Position numbers and translations under genes: made by a program
Shown here: positions 59,560 to 64,000 of the stretch, one piece after another
Layout: each line of letters opens with the position of its first letter
Numbering within the stretch: the first letter of the stretch is position 1
The notes under the pieces: model-generated
What the model was told of the DNA's origin: nothing
Databases searched by the model: none
What the model saw: the letters and a program-made list of their open reading frames with translations, nothing else
Source of the DNA: Promethearchaeati archaeon
GTDB taxonomy: Archaea; Asgardarchaeota; Heimdallarchaeia; Heimdallarchaeales; Heimdallarchaeaceae
Direction of reading: 5' to 3'
Length of the DNA: 64,000 bases
Assembly: GCA_013166775.1 (NCBI GenBank)
Contig: JABLTJ010000014.1
Location: 61,361-125,360, forward strand

Positions 59560-60570
59560 TTATTCTAACAAAACTTCAATTTCTGGGATTCTTATCTGTG
59601 TTCTCTCTACTAAAAATTCGTACAAATTCTCTATCCAAAATCTAAAGGAATTCAATCTTTTCTTATATTCTTCACTATCTTCCTCTAGTTTTTCAATTGA
59701 AATTACACAAAAGAAAAGAAGTTGAATTGCAGATAGAACCTCATAGAAAGATAATTCACCTATTGGTTCTCCTGATATTTCTTCATAATATTCTAAGAAC
59801 AAATTTCCAAGTTTCCCTTGCTTTTCCATATTAAAAATGCAAAATGCATTTGCTATATCCATGCGAATATCTGACACATTAGGGTAGCTCCAATCAACAA
59901 GAAACAAAGAATCATCCTCTGCTACAATAACATTAGCAAAATGAAAATCTCTATGATTCAATCCCAATCGTTTAGCAGGATAATTCTCTCTCTGTTTTTT
60001 GAGCCAATCAAGTGTAGATTTGTATAGAGTAAATCCATGTTTTCTCCAATCAGCGATATATTCGGTGATATATACATCAAATGAGAAAAATGGATTATCT
60101 AAGTTTTTTGGTGCTTTATCTATTATTATTTTCTTCCAATCTATCTGATGAAGTTTAACTAATAATTCTGCAAATCTCTTCATCCAATTTTCTTGCTGAT
60201 CTGGTGTAGTATTTATTACTTTAGTGTAAAACATTTTACTTTCAATATATTCCATCATTAAGAATGGTCCACCTAAAATCGATTTATCTTCCTCATAAAG
60301 TATGACTCTAGGAACTGGAAAACCTTCTTTGTAAAGTCTGTCCATTACAGTAAATTCATTCTTTACACCATAACTATCACAGTTTTCGGGAAACATTCTC
60401 AAAACGAATTTGTTTGCAATTGTTTTTTTATCAACAGTAGAAAGCTCAGTGAAAGAATATTTCTCTGTCTCAAAACCTAAATTGAGTTTCTCAAGATTCT
60501 CAATAGTGATATTGTTATTACCTCTCTTCTCTGAGAGATATTTCTGTAATTTGCTAACTAATTCATTCAT
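59560..60570 (-). CDS. aminoglycoside phosphotransferase / choline kinase-like family protein
   Basis: FVLR, FPVPRV, LMMEYI, KLHQI, HRDFHFANV, VDW. Confidence 0.9.
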   Translation of the reverse strand: MNELVSKLQKYLSEKRGNNNITIENLEKLNLGFETEKYSFTELSTVDKKTIANKFVLRMFPENCDSYGVKNEFTVMDRLYKEGFPVPRVILYEEDKSILGGPFLMMEYIESKMFYTKVINTTPDQQENWMKRFAELLVKLHQIDWKKIIIDKAPKNLDNPFFSFDVYITEYIADWRKHGFTLYKSTLDWLKKQRENYPAKRLGLNHRDFHFANVIVAEDDSLFLVDWSYPNVSDIRMDIANAFCIFNMEKQGKLGNLFLEYYEEISGEPIGELSFYEVLSAIQLLFFCVISIEKLEEDSEEYKKRLNSFRFWIENLYEFLVERTQIRIPEIEVLLE

Positions 60571-60710
60571 TATTTACAATTGAGTACTTAACTGAATCGA
60601 ATTAAATATCTTTCGCGATTTAACTGGTAATCAATAAATTAAGTTATATGACCAACGATCAAAAAACGTTTAATGTACCATTATTCAGGGTCTAATTTGT
60701 CCATTCAAAG

Positions 60711-61544
60711 TTATTCTGGAGGTCCTTGTTCGATTCTCTTTTGAATTTCCTTCAAAGAACATCGCTCTGACCAGAAAGCTTCTAATAACCAATTAACACC
60801 CAAGTCCATGAATTCATGGATATAGGAATCGTGCTCTTTATCTCCAACAGTAAATATGCTTTTTACAAGATCAAATGATTCCAGTGATTCTCTATACTTT
60901 CTAATATAACTCATAATTTCTTGATAATCTTGAGGATATATTGAGGGATCAGATCCAGCTTTCAATGGAAAAATTCCGTCGTATTTCGCAGCCCGTCGAA
61001 ATGGTTTTTTGTTTGGCCAATTACCTCCGACCCAGATTTTTATATTACCTGCAGGTTTAAATGTAACTGGTTCTTTTATTTTGAAGTGTTTTCCATCATA
61101 AGTAAAGGATTTTCCAGACCACAAACCTTTTAGAATCTCTAAAGATTCATCAAGCAGCTCTCCCCTAATCTTAGGGTCCACCTCTTCACCTAGAACTTTT
61201 AATTCTGCTGTACCTCCTAATCCTACACCAAGAATAAATCTTCCATTAGAAAGTCTATCTATTGTAATTGCTTGTCTTGCTATTACCATTGGCCTTCTTC
61301 GTGCTAATGGTGTTACTGTTGTACCAAGAGTGAGTTTATTCGTTTGAGTAGCTATTGCAGACAATATATTCCATGAATCTAAGACGTCCTCATCTGGTGC
61401 CCACGGTAGAAAAACGTGATCCCATAAAAAGAATCCTTCCCATCCACATTCTTCCCCAGTCTTAGCTAACTTGATGTAATCTTGTGGATTACTTGTAATT
61501 CCATGGTTAGCAATATATATGCCAAATTTTACATTGTTACTCAT
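60711..61544 (-). CDS. luciferase-like (LLM class) flavin/F420-dependent oxidoreductase
   Basis: GWEGFFLWDH, LGTTVTPLARRRP, DRLSNGRFILGVGLG, IWVGG. Confidence 0.92.
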   Translation of the reverse strand: MSNNVKFGIYIANHGITSNPQDYIKLAKTGEECGWEGFFLWDHVFLPWAPDEDVLDSWNILSAIATQTNKLTLGTTVTPLARRRPMVIARQAITIDRLSNGRFILGVGLGGTAELKVLGEEVDPKIRGELLDESLEILKGLWSGKSFTYDGKHFKIKEPVTFKPAGNIKIWVGGNWPNKKPFRRAAKYDGIFPLKAGSDPSIYPQDYQEIMSYIRKYRESLESFDLVKSIFTVGDKEHDSYIHEFMDLGVNWLLEAFWSERCSLKEIQKRIEQGPPE

Positions 61545-61669
61545 CTTATCACTTTGAATAACCAATTATTTCGCTTTAAAAAGCTGTTTCCATTCGAAAC
61601 ATGTGTAGGTTAATGATTTATTTGAAACCCATCTATAACATTAAAACTAACTCAGTTCTTAAAAAATAT

Positions 61670-61717
61670 TCTACTAAAATACTTTAATCAACAGAGAGGT
61701 TGATTTTTCTTTCTTTT
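61670..61717 (+). repeat. copy 2 of repeated gene-end + hairpin/T-tract element
   Basis: TCTACTAAAATACTTT-AATCAACA-GAGA-GGTTGATT-TTTCTTTCTTTT. Confidence 0.85.
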
Positions 61718-62576
61718 ATATTTTCTTTATTAAATCATCTATCATTCTTATAAATTCTCTTACTCTTGGTTTACTTCTCATATATTTATAATCTGGAACA
61801 TTAACTAAATGACAGTTCTTAATATGATTATTCACTTTTTCTGCTTCTTCCATTGTGTGATATTTATCAGCATCGGTTGAAAAAATAAAAACAGGACAAT
61901 TGATGTTTTTGTAATCATCTGAAGGATTCCATTTTCTAATTTTAGAACATTTTTTCCATCTTTTTACATTAATTTTCATTATTCTCTCTAAGTATACTTT
62001 TCTTTGATAATCTTCCAATACTTTGTTCTTAATATATTTTCTAGCAAGGAATATTCCTACTTTCTCAAAAAGAAAATCAGGTAGAATGAAGGCTAATTTA
62101 AATGCTATTTCAGGATAAGTAAGATCTATTGAAGGTCCAACAATAAAGCATCCTCTAGGATGTATCCATCCTTGTCCTACACAATGTGCAACATAAAACG
62201 TCCCTAAACTTGTACCAAAGAGAATAACATTCTCCTCTTTGATTTGAAGATAATTAATTACTTCCACAATGTCTAAAGAAATTCTTCGAACACTACATGC
62301 TTTGTTTTTTTCTAAATTAACTGTTGGCTTTTCTCTTGAATCTATAACAACAAGATTATATTCTTTGCATAATTCATCCCAGAAATCTGACCATGAATAG
62401 ATGCCCGGTCCTAAACCTTGTATGAAGAAGATTGTAGGCTTATCGCAATGTTCTTGTTTGATTGAATAGAAACAATAAATCAACTGCTCATCAGACATAA
62501 GAATATATTCTTTTTTCGATTCTCTAACAAAAATTAAATTCTGTTGAAATAGGTCTTCCAATTCAGTTTGATTCAT
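61716..62576 (-). CDS. alpha/beta-fold hydrolase, paralog of 5096-5929
   Basis: FIQGLG, IDSREK, GTSLG, DKYH. Confidence 0.85.
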   Translation of the reverse strand: MNQTELEDLFQQNLIFVRESKKEYILMSDEQLIYCFYSIKQEHCDKPTIFFIQGLGPGIYSWSDFWDELCKEYNLVVIDSREKPTVNLEKNKACSVRRISLDIVEVINYLQIKEENVILFGTSLGTFYVAHCVGQGWIHPRGCFIVGPSIDLTYPEIAFKLAFILPDFLFEKVGIFLARKYIKNKVLEDYQRKVYLERIMKINVKRWKKCSKIRKWNPSDDYKNINCPVFIFSTDADKYHTMEEAEKVNNHIKNCHLVNVPDYKYMRSKPRVREFIRMIDDLIKKI

Positions 62577-62699
62577 TTCAATTATCTCTAAATTACTATC
62601 TTAAAAAGTTTAAAAATATATTCCACAATTGACCTTCTTTGTATAGATGGATTTTCCTAACATAAACACTTACCGAAATTACTTTTAGGAATCCCAGGA

Positions 62700-62740
62700 C
62701 AATGGGTTTATCAACTGAGAGGTTGATTTTTCTTTGTTTC
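62700..62740 (+). repeat. copy 3 (degenerate) of repeated gene-end + hairpin/T-tract element
   Basis: CAATGGGT-TT-ATCAACT-GAGA-GGTTGAT-TTTTCTTTGTTTC. Confidence 0.75.
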
Positions 62741-62859
62741 TTGAGACGTAGTTTTTAGATTGGGATAGAACAAAATAAAACAGGATTAAATTCCATTTTT
62801 TAAAAAAAATTATCAACTCCGGATTATAGAAATTTGTATAATAGATATTAAGGTATGTT

Positions 62860-63873
62860 TCAATTTGCGTAAAGATGTACTTTTTCTATCATAACTCTAT
62901 CAAATTTCTCTTGCTCTTCATAATTTGGTGAATGAGCCGACTCTTCAAACCATATTAACTCCTTCTTAGGTGCCTCTAATTGCTCATAGAATTCTACTAC
63001 TAATTCCGAAGGAGAATTATAATCAAACCTTCCAGCAAGGAAAAAAACAGGTACTTTTACTTCCTTTATCCTTCCTATAAAACTTGATTCTTCAATTAAT
63101 GACTTCCACATGTGATTTAAAGAAAAAAGTGAGCCAAGCAATAATTTTATGCAATCTAATAGACTGTATTCAGGGCTATTAATATAATATTTCAGCAACA
63201 CCCATGAACTTGTTGAGTGATAGTACCAACCTCGGAATTTTGTTAACCATTTTCTTTGCTTTTGTGTATATCTTGAATCCCAAATTTCTTTTTCTTTTAT
63301 TCTTTCTAATTGTTTTATCGCTTTTTTGTTATTTTGTTCTCTTGCTGTTCTTAAAACAAATTCATACGATATCCTTTCCCCTTCTGCTAGATGAACAGCT
63401 TGCCCTATTCCTACATAAGCGTAAAAATGTTCAGGATGTCGATGAATAAGTTTTATCCCTAGAGCGCTCCCCCATGAATGTCCTGCAATAAAGATCTTTT
63501 CTTGGTTGAAACGTTTTTTAAGAAGAAGAACTAGTTCTAGAGCATCAGTAACAAATTGTTCAATTGTCATACTCGTTTTAGGTATTCCAAGTTTGAAAGA
63601 CTTTCCTGCACCTCTTTGATCCCAATTGACAATGGTAAATTTCTTTTCAAGATTTTTCTGATAAACATGAGCAAGAGCCATCTCGGTACTTCCTGGGCCT
63701 CCATGGAGAAATAACAAGATAGGATTAGATCTCTTTTGACCTCTGATGAGAATGGATTGCTCTAATCCTCCCAAAATAACTTTTTCTAATGAAGTTATAC
63801 TCTCAGGAACTAATTTTCCTTTTGAATCTTTGATTTTTGGTGTTCGTGAATAGAAAATTCTCAATAGAGACAT
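62860..63873 (-). CDS. alpha/beta hydrolase, proline iminopeptidase-like
   Basis: LHGGPG, WDQRGAGKS, GHSWG, GRFD, FEESAH. Confidence 0.92.
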   Translation of the reverse strand: MSLLRIFYSRTPKIKDSKGKLVPESITSLEKVILGGLEQSILIRGQKRSNPILLFLHGGPGSTEMALAHVYQKNLEKKFTIVNWDQRGAGKSFKLGIPKTSMTIEQFVTDALELVLLLKKRFNQEKIFIAGHSWGSALGIKLIHRHPEHFYAYVGIGQAVHLAEGERISYEFVLRTAREQNNKKAIKQLERIKEKEIWDSRYTQKQRKWLTKFRGWYYHSTSSWVLLKYYINSPEYSLLDCIKLLLGSLFSLNHMWKSLIEESSFIGRIKEVKVPVFFLAGRFDYNSPSELVVEFYEQLEAPKKELIWFEESAHSPNYEEQEKFDRVMIEKVHLYAN

Positions 63874-64000
63874 GAGTGGATTATATAATTGTTATAAATA
63901 AATTTTATCTTTTAAAATAGACTTCTTCTAAAAAGGAAAATTCTAGCAAGGTAGATTAAGTTATTTTCTAAAATACAAGCTCAAGAACTTGTTTCTCATT

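Noticed and set aside
59493-62740. CRISPR array or IS ends
   Set aside because: Copies are 1-2 kb apart and separated by whole genes; no cas or transposase gene; they are direct rather than terminal inverted repeats
62808-62830. Possible fourth copy of the repeat (ATCAACTCCGGATTAT)
   Set aside because: Only the left arm matches; no hairpin or T-tract

Overview
AT-rich, gene-dense archaeal chromosome segment of about 60 CDS, with no rRNA, tRNA, CRISPR array, transposase or integrase recognisable. AGGTGA-type Shine-Dalgarno sites, an Arf/Sar1-like GTPase fused to a longin-like domain, a longin-DENN-like protein, TPR-longin and 7TM-longin proteins and repeated beta-helix surface proteins suggest an Asgard archaeon, probably Heimdallarchaeia (inference). 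Housekeeping and metabolic genes include lat, a split formiminotransferase/cyclodeaminase, guaB, an SDR threonine dehydrogenase, acdA, a P2A Ca-ATPase and several flavin/F420 enzymes. Most notable: (1) a full-length N-myristoyltransferase-like protein (28384-29478) lying between a DegV + PlsA/PlsR/Ger-like operon (candidate ether-lipid/plasmalogen synthase) and the Arf/Sar1-like GTPase, a candidate fatty-acyl lipid/lipidation neighbourhood; (2) a type III polyketide synthase and a ferredoxin-fused reductive dehalogenase; (3) a 120-nt structured ncRNA candidate with its own TATA box and U-tract; (4) three copies of the 3' end/terminator of an EhpF-like gene delimiting cassette-like accessory genes; (5) a gene that seems to need a non-canonical ATT start. 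All family calls come from motif recognition by eye; no searches were run.
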